In this document: positions 10,001 to 21,462 of the stretch, piece after piece
Layout: each line of letters starts with the position of its first letter
Numbering within the stretch: position 1 is the first letter of the stretch
Source of the DNA: an uncultured Thermoleophilia bacterium
GTDB lineage: Bacteria; Actinomycetota; Thermoleophilia; UBA2241
DNA: 64,000 bases
NCBI GenBank assembly: GCA_963808735.1
Contig: CAWEHE010000016.1
Span: 131,028 to 195,027, forward strand
Reading direction: 5' to 3'
Made by a program: the position numbers and the translations under genes
The notes under the pieces: model-generated
The model's database searches: none
Told to the model about the DNA's origin: nothing
The model's input: only the letters and a program-made list of their open reading frames with translations

Positions 10001-10356
10001 CGACCGCCTTCGCGATCCTCGCCCTCTTCGGGGTATCCGCCTCGACCGCGTGGCTGTGTCGGCTGAGCCTGCGGTCCATCACCTCCGCGGCGGCTCCGCC
10101 GATCAGCAGTGTGCTCAGGGAACACGCTCCAGCCCTCCTCGCCCTTCATGGCGTCCGTCACGTCGGGCTGGGCGAGTCCGGGGGGCTGCCGTACATCGTC
10201 GTCGTCACAGACGCGCTCACCGAGGACGAGGCGTCGCGCATACCGACCAGACTGGGTTGCTGGAGGGTACGCCGACGGACCATATGCGATCCGCGCGCAG
10301 CGGCAGGGCGGCCGATCCCGTCGCCGACCGATGAGGCTCGCTGCCTGCAGCGATGA
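9997..10356 (+). CDS. Hypothetical protein (119 aa)
   Basis: It is a track ORF with strong GC3 bias over the first two thirds and no recognisable family. Confidence 0.3.
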   Translation: MTTAFAILALFGVSASTAWLCRLSLRSITSAAAPPISSVLREHAPALLALHGVRHVGLGESGGLPYIVVVTDALTEDEASRIPTRLGCWRVRRRTICDPRAAAGRPIPSPTDEARCLQR

Positions 10357-10409
10357 ACTGGCGGGCGGGTAGCTGTCGAGAGCCGGCCGCGCCGGACTCT
10401 CGTCAAGCG

Positions 10410-10492
10410 CCCGTAGAAAGCAGCGGGATCGGCGTACAGATTCCGTAAGGACCCCCGCCGGGGCCGTCGGGGAGCGGTACCGTCGAGGCATG
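10410..10492 (+). promoter_or_regulatory. Leader/promoter element copy 2 upstream of kdp (direct repeats cgtagaa...cgtacaga, then ttccgtaaggac, ending at gtcgaggcATGctcgac); candidate response-regulator (KdpE-type) binding site
   Basis: It is a paralog of the 9836-9916 element and precedes the kdpF-kdpA leader ORF. Confidence 0.35.
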
Positions 10493-10612
10493 CTCGACGT
10501 GCTCTTCATAGCGCTCGCCATCGGCTTCTTCGTGGTCGCCGACCTCTTCGTGCGCGGTTGCGCACGGATCCTCGAGCGGGGCCACGACGACCTTCGGGGG
10601 GACCGGTCGTGA
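10490..10612 (+). CDS. Small hydrophobic leader peptide (40 aa, MLDVLFIALAIGFFVVADLF...) upstream of kdpF
   Basis: It has a single predicted TM helix. Its stop overlaps the kdpF GTG (GTGA). Confidence 0.35.
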   Translation: MLDVLFIALAIGFFVVADLFVRGCARILERGHDDLRGDRS

Positions 10613-10701
10613 CCGCCGCCGACGTCGTCTTCTTCGTCATCATCGCGGCGCTGCTCGCGTACCTCGCCTGGGCGCTCATCGCGCCCGAGGACCTGCAGTG
10701 A
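10609..10701 (+). CDS. kdpF: Potassium-transporting ATPase subunit KdpF
   Basis: The 30-aa peptide VTAADVVFFVIIAALLAYLAWALIAPEDLQ matches the KdpF length and pattern and lies directly upstream of kdpA. Confidence 0.6.
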   Translation: MTAADVVFFVIIAALLAYLAWALIAPEDLQ

Positions 10702-10723
10702 CCGCGCCGGCCGGAGACGCACG

Positions 10724-12398
10724 ATGACCGCCGCCGCATGGCTCCAGATCGCCGCCCTGGTCGGGCTGCTGCTGCTCGGGACGCGGCTGCTCGGCCCGTA
10801 CCTCGCCAAAGTCTACGGCGGTGGCGCCGCGCCCGGCGACCGCGTGTTCCTGCCGCTCGAGCGGCTGATCTACCGTGTCGGCCGCATAGCTCCCGACCAG
10901 GAGCAGTCCTGGGTCGTGTACGCGCGCTCGGTCATCGCCTTGAGCCTGGTGTCGGTGCTTGGTTTGTACGCCCTGGAGCGCCTCCAGGGCTGGCTGCCGC
11001 TCAACCCATCGGCGGTGGAGTCGGTCCCGCCGTTCCTCGCCTTCAACACCGCCGTGAGCTTCGTCACCAACACGAACTGGCAGAACTACGGCGGCGAATC
11101 GACGATGAGCAACCTGACGCAGATGACCGGGCTCACCGTGCAGAACTTCGCCTCGGCCGCGGTCGGCATGGCGGTCGCCGTCGCCCTGATCCGCGGCTTC
11201 ACGCGCCATCGGGCGGAGACGATCGGCAACTTCTGGGTCGACCTCACAAGGGGCGTGACCCGCGTTCTGCTCCCGCTGGCGCTGGTCCTGGCCGTCGTGC
11301 TCGCCGGCCTCGGTGTCGTGCAGACGCTGCGGGGCCCCGTGGACGCGACCACGGTGGAGGGCGCGACCCAGACGATCTACCGCGGGCCCGATCGCGAGCC
11401 AGGAGTCGATCAAGGAGCTGGGGACGAACGGCGGCGGCGTCGTCAACGCCAACTCGGCGCATCCGTTCGAGAACCCGACCGGCCTCACCAACTTCCTCGA
11501 GATCCTGGCCCTGCTCGTCATCCCCTTCGCGCTCACCTACGCCTTCGGACGCCTGGTCCGCGACCAGCGCCAGGGCTGGGCGATCTTCTTCGCCATGTTC
11601 GCGCTGTGGGCCGGGTCCGCGGCGACGGCGACGTACTTCGAGGTGCGCGGCAACCCGCGCGTCGAGGTCGCCGCCGTCAACATGGAGGGCAAGGAGGTGC
11701 GCTTCGGGGCCGCGACGTCGGCGCTCTTCGCGGCCTCGACCACGGGGACCTCGTCCGGCGCCGTGGACGCCTCGCACGACAGCTTCACGCCCGGCGGCGG
11801 GGCCGTGCCGCTCGTCAACATGCTGCTCGGCGAGGTCTCGCCGGGCGGCGTGGGGGCCGGCCTGTACGGCATGCTGATCTTCGTTCTGCTCGCCGTGTTC
11901 ATCTCCGGCCTCATGGTCGGGCGCACGCCCGAGTACCTCGGCAAGAAGATCCAGGCGGCGGAGATGAAGCTCGTCGTCCTGTACCTGCTGGTCGTCCCGA
12001 TCCTGGTCCTCGTGCTCGCCGGCGTGTCCGTGGTGTTCGGGCCGGCGAAGGAGTCGATCCTCAACCCCGGCCCGCACGGGCTGAGCGAGGTCGTCTACGC
12101 CTTCGCCTCCCAGGCCAACAACAACGGGTCGGCCTTCGCCGGTCTCGACCGGCAACACCGACTGGTACAACACGACCGGCGCGCTCGCCATGCTCGCCGG
12201 CAGGTTCTTCCTGATCGTCCCGGTGCTGGCCATCGCCGGCTCGCTGGCGCGCAAGCAGACGGTGCCCCCCAGCGCCGGGACCCTGCCCACCCACAGCCCA
12301 CTCTTCGTGGTCATGCTGCTCGCGGTGATCGTGATCGTCGTCGGGCTGACCTACTTCCCCGTGCTCGCGCTCGGGCCGATCGTGGAGCAGCTGGCGCT

Positions 12399-12402
<4 letters not shown>
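10724..12402 (+). pseudogene. kdpA: Potassium-transporting ATPase subunit A KdpA, two apparent frameshifts (about 11390 and about 12144)
   Basis: The KdpA sequence is split over three track ORFs and frames: 10724.. (MTAAAWLQIAALVG...TIYRGP), 11313.. ([30 protein letters not shown]...NNNGSAFAG) and 12190..12402 ([23 protein letters not shown]...). Confidence 0.85.
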
Positions 12403-14408
<2,006 letters not shown>

Positions 14409-14412
<4 letters not shown>

Positions 14413-14984
14413 TGCGCCGCCAGCTGCCCACCGCCATCGCGGTGTTCGTCTTCTTCTCCGTCCTGGTGGGGCTCGTCTACCCCGTCGTGGTCACGGGGAT
14501 CGCCCAGGTCGCCTTCGGCACCAAGGCGGACGGCTCGCTGGTCGTGCGCGACGGCGACGTGGTGGGCTCCGCGCTCATCGGCCAGTCGTTCGACGGCCCC
14601 GCCTACTTCCACCCGCGTCCGTCTGCGGCGGGCGACGGGTACGACGCGATGGCGAGCGGGGCGTCCAACCTCGGCCCGAGCAACGCGGAGCTTCTCGACG
14701 CCGTGGCGCAACGCAAGGCGGAGTACCGGCGCGCCAACGGCCTCGCCACCGGCGAGCGTGTCCCCGTGGACGCGATCACCGGCTCCGGGTCCGGCCTGGA
14801 CCCCGACATCTCGCCGGCCAACGCCCGTCTGCAGGCGCGGCGGGTCGCGGAGGCGCGCGGTGTGCCGCTGGAACGCGTGCTACGCTTGGTCGACGAGGCG
14901 GCCAAGGGCCGGTCACTCGGGTTCCTCGGCGACCCCGGCGTCAACGTACTCGAGCTCAACCTGGCGCTCGACGAGCGCCTCTAG
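14409..14984 (+). CDS. kdpC: Potassium-transporting ATPase subunit C KdpC
   Basis: ORF 14409..14984 has a typical KdpC N-terminal TM segment and the [13 protein letters not shown] region. Confidence 0.85.
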
Positions 14985-14995
14985 CGGAGGGCGGC

Positions 14996-17482
14996 ATGAG
15001 CCGCGGCACGCTGCGCATCTACCTCGGCGCCGCTCCCGGCGTCGGCAAGACGTACTCGATGCTGGGCGAGGGTCGCCGCCGCCAGGCGCGCGGCGAGGAC
15101 GTCGTGGTGGGCTTCGTCGAGGCGCACGGTCGGCAGCCCACGGCCGAGCAGGTCGGCGGCCTCGAGGTCGTGCCCCGCGCGTCCATCGCCTACCGGGACA
15201 CCGTCTTCGAGGAGATGGACCTCGACGCACTCCTCGCACGGCGGCCGCAGCTGGCGCTCGTGGATGAACTCGCGCACACCAACGTCCCGGGCCGCCGCAA
15301 CGCCAAGCGCTGGCAGGACGTCGAGGAGCTGCTCGACGCCGGCATCGACGTCATCTCCAACCTCAACATCCAGCACCTCGAGTCGCTCAACGACGTGGTG
15401 GAGCAGATCACCGGGGTGGTGCAGCGGGAGACGATCCCGGACGAGGTCGTGCGGCGCGCCGATCAGCTGCAACTCGTCGACCTCGCCGTCGAGACGATCC
15501 GCGCGCGGCTCGCGCGCGGCGACATCTACCCGGCCGAGCGCATCGACGCGGCGCTGGGCAACTTCTTCCGCGCCGGCAATCTGGCGGCGCTGCGCGAGCT
15601 CGCGCTCCTCTGGATCGCCGACCGGGTCGAGGAAGGCCTCGCGGAGTACCGGGCCCGCCACGGCATCTCCGACACGTGGGAGACGCGCGAGCGGGTCCTG
15701 GTCGCACTCACGGGGTCGGCGGACGGCGAGCGGCTCGTGCGCCGCGCGGCGCGCATGGCCCAGCGTCTCAATGCCGACCTGATCGCGGTGCACGTGCGCC
15801 CTCAGACCGGCCTGGCGACGCAGTCGGCCGGTCTGCTCGAGCAGCAGGGCAGGCTGGTGGAGCGGCTGGGCGGGAGCTACCGCGAGGTCGCCGGCGCCGA
15901 CGTCGGCGAGGCGCTGGTCGAGACGGCTCGCGCCCTCAACGCCACGCAGATCGTCCTCGGCGCCAAGGAGCGCTCGGGCTTGAGCGAGTTCGTCTACGGC
16001 TCGGTCGTCAGCACGGTGATCAGGCTGTCGGGGGTGGGTCTCGACGTGCACGTCATCGGCCGCGAGGCCGGCGGCGAGACGGACGCCGCGCCCGAGCCGA
16101 AGCTGCGCCGGCCGCGCGCGCTGCCCCGAAGGCGCGTGGCGCTGGGCTTCGCCGTCGGCGTGCTCGGTGCGCCGCTCCTCACGTGGGTGCTCGCACAAGC
16201 CCGAGACCACGTGTCACCGTCGAGCGCACTTCTGTTGTTCCTCCTGCTCGTCGTCAGCGTGTCGGCCATCGGGGGGCTGTGGCCGGCGCTGGTCGTCGCC
16301 GTCGAGGGCTTTCTCCTCGTCAACTGGTATCTGACGCCGCCGCTCCACACCTTCACCGTCGGTCGGCCTGAGAACCTCCTCGCCTTGCTCGTGTTCCTCG
16401 CGGTGGCGGTCGCGATGAGCAGCTTCGTCGCTCTCGCGGCGCGAAGAGCGGCGCAGGCGACACGCGCCCGTGCCAAGGCCGAGACCCTCATGCGACTCGC
16501 GGGCGCCTCGAGCGCCGTCGCGATCCTCGACGGGCTGCGCCGCGCGTTCGGTCTCGACGGCGCGGCGCTGCTCCACCGCACCGACGACGAGTGGCGGGTG
16601 GAGGCGGAGAGCGGACGCGCGCCGGCGTCTCTTGACGCCGCCGACATCGTCGTCGACGTCGACGCCGAACACGTCCTCGTCGCATCCTCGCCGGCGCCGC
16701 GCTCGAGCGAGGATGTGCGCATGCTCGACGCCTTCGCCAAGGAGCTGGCAGCGTCTGTCGAGCACGAGGAGCTGGAGGCGGAAGCCGCCACCGCCGAGGG
16801 TCTCGCCGCGGTGAACGAGCTCCGCGCGAGCATCCTCTCGAGCGTCTCGCACGACCTGCGCACCCCCCTCTCTGCCATCAAGGCCTCGGCGACCAGCCTG
16901 CTCCAGGAAGACGTGGACTGGACGCGGGAGGCAGAGCGGGAGCTGCTGACCACGATCGACGAGGAGACGGACCGCCTCAACCGCCTGGTCGGCAGTCTCC
17001 TGGACATGAGCCGCCTGCAGGCGGGGGCGCTCGAGGTCCACCAGGAGGTGATCGTCCTGGACGAAGTGTTCGCAGAGGCAGTCACCAGCATCGGCGCAGG
17101 GTCGTCCGGCGTCATTCTCGAGCTATCGGAGGACCTGCCGCCGGTCCTGGGCGACGAGGTGCTGCTCGAGCGGGCATTCGCCAACATCATCGCCAACGCG
17201 GTCACGTATTCTTCGGGTACCGACGTCCACGTCGTTGCCGGGCGGGTGCAGGGCGGCGTCGATGTCCGCGTCGCCGATCGCGGTCCCGGCGTCCCGCCGG
17301 AGGAGCGGGAACAGATCTTCCTTCCGTTCCGCCGGCTGGGTGATACCAGGCGGCGCGAGGGCGCCGGCCTCGGGCTCGCCATCGCGAAGGGGTTCCTCGA
17401 GGCGATGGGCGGTACGATCGAGGCGGACGACACGCCCGGAGGAGGCTTGACCATCGTGGTGCGGCTAAAGGCGGAGTCATGA
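14996..17482 (+). CDS. kdpD: Sensor histidine kinase KdpD
   Basis: The ORF is 828 aa. It has an N-terminal KdpD domain (GAAPGVGKTYSML), a USP domain, four TM segments and a HisKA/HATPase domain (SHDLRTPL...). Confidence 0.9.
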   Translation: MSRGTLRIYLGAAPGVGKTYSMLGEGRRRQARGEDVVVGFVEAHGRQPTAEQVGGLEVVPRASIAYRDTVFEEMDLDALLARRPQLALVDELAHTNVPGRRNAKRWQDVEELLDAGIDVISNLNIQHLESLNDVVEQITGVVQRETIPDEVVRRADQLQLVDLAVETIRARLARGDIYPAERIDAALGNFFRAGNLAALRELALLWIADRVEEGLAEYRARHGISDTWETRERVLVALTGSADGERLVRRAARMAQRLNADLIAVHVRPQTGLATQSAGLLEQQGRLVERLGGSYREVAGADVGEALVETARALNATQIVLGAKERSGLSEFVYGSVVSTVIRLSGVGLDVHVIGREAGGETDAAPEPKLRRPRALPRRRVALGFAVGVLGAPLLTWVLAQARDHVSPSSALLLFLLLVVSVSAIGGLWPALVVAVEGFLLVNWYLTPPLHTFTVGRPENLLALLVFLAVAVAMSSFVALAARRAAQATRARAKAETLMRLAGASSAVAILDGLRRAFGLDGAALLHRTDDEWRVEAESGRAPASLDAADIVVDVDAEHVLVASSPAPRSSEDVRMLDAFAKELAASVEHEELEAEAATAEGLAAVNELRASILSSVSHDLRTPLSAIKASATSLLQEDVDWTREAERELLTTIDEETDRLNRLVGSLLDMSRLQAGALEVHQEVIVLDEVFAEAVTSIGAGSSGVILELSEDLPPVLGDEVLLERAFANIIANAVTYSSGTDVHVVAGRVQGGVDVRVADRGPGVPPEEREQIFLPFRRLGDTRRREGAGLGLAIAKGFLEAMGGTIEADDTPGGGLTIVVRLKAES

Positions 17483-18165
17483 CGCGGGTCCTGGTCGTCG
17501 ACGACGAGCCCCAGATCCTGCGTGCGCTGAGCATCAACCTGCGCGCTCGTGGGTACGAGGTCGATCTGGCGACGAGCGGCGAGCAGGCGCTTCAGCTTGC
17601 GGCTCACGACCACCCGGACCTGGTCGTGCTCGATCTCGGCCTGCCCGGCATCGACGGCGTCGAGGTGATCGAGGGACTGCGCGGCTGGAGCTCAGTCCCG
17701 ATCGTCGTGCTCTCTGTGCGCGACCGCGAGGCGGACAAGGTCGCGGCGCTCGACGCCGGCGCGGACGACTACGTGACCAAGCCGTTCGGCATGGACGAGC
17801 TGCTCGCGCGGATGCGCGCGGCCCTTCGCCGCGTGACGCCGGTGGACGAGCCGGCGGTCGTCGAGACAGACGACTTCATGATCGACCTCGCGGCGAAGCT
17901 CGCGACACGTGACGGCGCGGACGTTCGCCTGACTGCGACAGAGTGGCAGATCGTCGAGATCCTGGTGCGCAACGCCGGGAGGCTCGTCACTCAGCGCCAG
18001 CTGCTGCAGCAGGTGTGGGGGCCCAAGTACGAGACCGAGACCCACTACCTGCGCGTGTACATGGGTCAGATCCGCCGCAAGCTCGAGCCCGTGCCGAGCG
18101 ACCCGCGCTACTTCCTGACGGCGGCGCGCATGGGGTACCGGTTCGAGCCGGAGCCTCGGCCCTGA
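17479..18165 (+). CDS. kdpE: Response regulator KdpE (OmpR family)
   Basis: It has a REC domain (VLVVDDEP...DLVVLDLGLP) plus a winged-helix domain (YLRVYMGQIRRKLE). It overlaps the kdpD stop. Confidence 0.9.
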   Translation: MTRVLVVDDEPQILRALSINLRARGYEVDLATSGEQALQLAAHDHPDLVVLDLGLPGIDGVEVIEGLRGWSSVPIVVLSVRDREADKVAALDAGADDYVTKPFGMDELLARMRAALRRVTPVDEPAVVETDDFMIDLAAKLATRDGADVRLTATEWQIVEILVRNAGRLVTQRQLLQQVWGPKYETETHYLRVYMGQIRRKLEPVPSDPRYFLTAARMGYRFEPEPRP

Positions 18166-18207
18166 TGGCCGGACCTGAGGAGCGTCGCCGCGGGCCCGAC
18201 AAGGCGG

Positions 18208-18978
18208 CTACGCCAGCCGCACCGCCGGCCTCTTGCCGAAGAGCGCGACCAGCGTCAGCCCGATCGCGACGCTCGCGATGCTCACCCACTGCGGCTGCGT
18301 GAGTCCCCCGAACCACACGGGGTTGATGCGCACGAACTCCACCAGGAAGCGCTCGATGCCGGAGAGGATGAGGAACCAGCCGAAGGTCCACCAGCCGGAC
18401 TTGTCGTAGCGCGTGGCCAGCCGCCAGAGGATCCAGACGACGAAGGCCATGGCGAGGATCTCGTAGATGGGCGTGGGGTGGACGGTCACGCCGGGCGGGG
18501 TGGGCACGGTGCCGTTGGGATAGCCCATCGCCCACGGCAGGTCGCTCGGCTTGCCGTAGTCGCCGTCGCCGGCGAGCTGGCAGCCGATGCGCCCGATGAG
18601 GTAGCCGAGGGCGGTGGCCGGCGCCGTCGCGTTGGCGATGATGTCGAGCGGGATGCGCCGCACCATCGTCCAGGCGACGACACCGAGGAACCCGCCGATG
18701 AGGCCGCCGTACCAGGTGAACCCGGCGCTGCCGAAGGCCGCTCCCCAGAAGTCGGCCTGGACCGACGCGTAGTTCTCGACCAGGTAGTAGACGCGCGCGC
18801 CGACGAAGCCGCCGATGCCGGCGGCGATGATGAGCTCGTAGGCGAACTCGCCGGGGACGCCGCGGCGACGGATCAGCGGTCGGACGATGGCCAGCCCCGG
18901 GATGATGAGCGCCAGCGCGGCCATGAGGCCGAAGCTGTAGAAGCGGTAGTCGCCGATCTCGAAGAGGATAGGTCGCAT
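18208..18978 (-). CDS. lgt: Prolipoprotein diacylglyceryl transferase
   Basis: The Lgt signature reads GLMAALALII...FVGARVYY...WYGGLIGGFLG...G.IGC.L.GDGDYG. Confidence 0.85.
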   Translation of the reverse strand: MRPILFEIGDYRFYSFGLMAALALIIPGLAIVRPLIRRRGVPGEFAYELIIAAGIGGFVGARVYYLVENYASVQADFWGAAFGSAGFTWYGGLIGGFLGVVAWTMVRRIPLDIIANATAPATALGYLIGRIGCQLAGDGDYGKPSDLPWAMGYPNGTVPTPPGVTVHPTPIYEILAMAFVVWILWRLATRYDKSGWWTFGWFLILSGIERFLVEFVRINPVWFGGLTQPQWVSIASVAIGLTLVALFGKRPAVRLA

Positions 18979-19032
18979 GGCTGTCCAGTGTAGGGGCTCG
19001 TGTCGCCGGCGGCCAGCGGCGAGCCCCTGCGG

Positions 19033-20004
19033 TCACCCGGCCGGTGGGCCGGCGTAGGCTCCGCCGGCGAGCTCACGGGCGAGCGCCGGCTCGACGTGGC
19101 CGTTGTACGGCGAGGTGGCGTTGGCGGCGGCGGCGCCGGCGGCGAGGCGGAGCGCCGCCGCCGTGCCCTCGCCGCGGCCGAGCGCCAGGATGAGGCCGGC
19201 GGCGAAGCAGTCGCCGGAGCCGACGGGGCTCACGGCGGCGACCGGGCGGGTGCGCACCCGCCAGACGGCGCCGCCGAGCACGCCGACCGCTCCGGCGGCG
19301 CCGAGCGTGACGACGGCGCCCATGGCCCCGGCGTCGACGAGGCGCCGGCTCAGCTCGGCGCCTTCGGCGACGAGGTCCTCCGGCGCCGCGGCCTTCTCGT
19401 CGCGGCAACGCGCGGATGGCTCGCCGACGGCAGAGCATGCCTCGGCGAGGTTCACCTTGACGAGCTCCGGCCCCTCCCGGAGGGCGCCCGCGAGCTGCTC
19501 CTCGGTGGCGTCGACGAGCACCCGATAGCCGGCGTCGTGAGCGCCGCGGACGAGGGCGGCGTAGAAGCCTGGTGACGCCTCCGGCGGCGCCGCCCCGGTG
19601 ACCACGGCCCACTCGCCCGCGCCGGCCGCGTGCCGGCCGGCGAGCTCCAGCAGGGCGCGCTCGTCGTCCGGACCGATCTCCGGTCCGAGCTCGTACAGGC
19701 GCGTGACGGACGCGTCGTCCGCCAGGATGACGGTCGAGACGCGCGACTCGCCGGCGATGGCGACGAGGTCGAGGCCGAGCCCCTCGTCGCCGGCGAGCTC
19801 GGCGATGATGCGGCCGCCGCGGCCGGCGGCGTAGCCGGCGAGCACGCCGCCGCCCCCCAGCGCCCGCAGGGCGCGCAGGACGTTCGCCCCCTTGCCGCCG
19901 GCCTGGGTGCGCAGCGCCCGGCAGCGCATCAGGCCGCCGGGCCGCACCGCCGGGGCGGCGAGGATGCGGTCGATGGCGAGGCTGGGGCAGATGACGAGGG
20001 TCAT
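19033..20004 (-). CDS. PfkB-family carbohydrate kinase (1-phosphofructokinase/tagatose-6-P kinase-like)
   Basis: It has the N-terminal GGKGANV motif and the C-terminal SPVGSGDCFAAGLI anion-hole motif. Confidence 0.75.
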   Translation of the reverse strand: MTLVICPSLAIDRILAAPAVRPGGLMRCRALRTQAGGKGANVLRALRALGGGGVLAGYAAGRGGRIIAELAGDEGLGLDLVAIAGESRVSTVILADDASVTRLYELGPEIGPDDERALLELAGRHAAGAGEWAVVTGAAPPEASPGFYAALVRGAHDAGYRVLVDATEEQLAGALREGPELVKVNLAEACSAVGEPSARCRDEKAAAPEDLVAEGAELSRRLVDAGAMGAVVTLGAAGAVGVLGGAVWRVRTRPVAAVSPVGSGDCFAAGLILALGRGEGTAAALRLAAGAAAANATSPYNGHVEPALARELAGGAYAGPPAG

Positions 20005-20052
20005 GAGGGTCCGGGTCGGGGGGAGGGGCCGGCGGGCGGAGCCGCTCCGGCC

Positions 20053-21396
20053 TCAGCGCCTGATGTGGATGTACCCCTTGCCGTCGGCGATCTTCACGTT
20101 CGTGTCCAGCGCCGCCGAGAAGCCCTGGACGCGCTGCAGGATGCTGTCCGCTTGCGAGCCCTTGGCGAGGGACGGCACGCCGGAGCCGCCGCCGACCACG
20201 GGGATGAGCTGCGCGTCGATGCCGTCCTGGGAGACCTTGGCGCGGACCAGGACGGTCTCGGCCGTCTCGCCGCTGAAGCCGCTGAAGACCAGGTTGCCGA
20301 GGCTGTAGGCGATGAGCCCGCCGTGGTACGCCTCCATGCCGTCGAGCAAGTGCGGATGGTGGGCGAAGACGATGTCCGCGCCGGCGTCGATCGCGGCCTT
20401 ACCCTCGCTCTCCTCCAGGTAGCTCGGCGCCCGCTTGTACTCGAAGTTCCAGTGCCAGCCGACGATGACGAAGTCCGCCTTCTTGCGCGCCGCCTTGATC
20501 GCCTGCTTCACGGCGCCGAGGTCCGCGCGGCCGGGAGCGACGCCGGGGCTCGAGGTGGTCGCCGGGTACCCCACCGGCAGCACGTCGGTGAAGCCGAGAA
20601 AGGCGACCTTGACGCCGTCCTCGGTCTCGAGCACCGTGCCGGCCATGGCCCGCTTCAGGTCCTTGCCGGCGCCGACCACGGCGATGTCCTCCTTCTCGCA
20701 GTACTCGATGCTGTCCAGGAGGCCGCTGTCGCCCATGTCGCCGGCGTGGTTGTTGGCCATCGTGACGACGTTGATGCCGCTCGCGGCCATCGCCGGGGCC
20801 AGATCGGGGTTGCCCTTGATGACGACGTCCTTCCAGCCCTGCGGGTCGCCACCGGTGGTGAGCGGGCTCTCCAGGTTCACGAAGCCGAAGTCGCTCTTCT
20901 CGAACGACGGCGCGATGCTCTTGAAGAGGTCGCTGCCCATGGTGGCGACCACACCGTCGACACCGAAGCCGCCGATGACGTCGCCGCCGGCGGTCACCGA
21001 GATGGTCGGCGCGACGGTCGGGGTAGGGCTGGGCGATGGGCTTGCGGAGGCCTGCCCGGCGGAAGGCGAGACGGACGCCCCCGGCGCGACGGCCACCGCG
21101 GCCGGGTCCGGCTGATCGGCGGCGGCTTCGCCGCCGCCGAACGGACCCCATCCGGCTGCCGCGGCTACGCCGGCCGCCGCGGCCACGAGGATGCCGGCGA
21201 TGATGAGCAGCGTGAGAACACCGCCGCCCCGGCGCCTGCGCCGGCGGTCGCCGTCTCGCGGGCCGCGCGGCGGGCCGCTTCCGGCCGGGCCGTCGGGCGG
21301 AGCCGCGGCCTCCGGCCCCGGGGCATCCCCGGCGCGGTACACGGTGTACGGTCTGTGGTCCCTGGGCGGCGTGCTCATCAGCTCACGATAGTACAT
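20053..21396 (-). CDS. CapA/PgsA-family metallophosphatase-fold protein (poly-gamma-glutamate synthesis-like), N-terminal TM anchor and low-complexity linker
   Basis: The CapA motifs are ANNHAGDMG and IVGWHWNFEY...VFAHHPH. The start is taken at MYYREL (21396). Confidence 0.7.
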   Translation of the reverse strand: MYYRELMSTPPRDHRPYTVYRAGDAPGPEAAAPPDGPAGSGPPRGPRDGDRRRRRRGGGVLTLLIIAGILVAAAAGVAAAAGWGPFGGGEAAADQPDPAAVAVAPGASVSPSAGQASASPSPSPTPTVAPTISVTAGGDVIGGFGVDGVVATMGSDLFKSIAPSFEKSDFGFVNLESPLTTGGDPQGWKDVVIKGNPDLAPAMAASGINVVTMANNHAGDMGDSGLLDSIEYCEKEDIAVVGAGKDLKRAMAGTVLETEDGVKVAFLGFTDVLPVGYPATTSSPGVAPGRADLGAVKQAIKAARKKADFVIVGWHWNFEYKRAPSYLEESEGKAAIDAGADIVFAHHPHLLDGMEAYHGGLIAYSLGNLVFSGFSGETAETVLVRAKVSQDGIDAQLIPVVGGGSGVPSLAKGSQADSILQRVQGFSAALDTNVKIADGKGYIHIRR

Positions 21397-21462
21397 GGGG
21401 GTCCGCGACGCGGCCAGACGGCCACCGGTGCCGCGCTTCAGGAGGCGGCCGGACGTGGCGAT

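Noticed and set aside
9836-10492. The duplicated kdp leader might be a c-di-AMP (ydaO/kimA) riboswitch, which regulates K+ transport genes in some Gram-positives.
   Set aside because: The conserved ydaO core sequences (the ACGGGG..GGUGAAUCC and CCGAU elements) are not visible. The element is short (about 75 nt) and looks more like a direct-repeat protein-binding site. The idea is kept only as a low-probability alternative.
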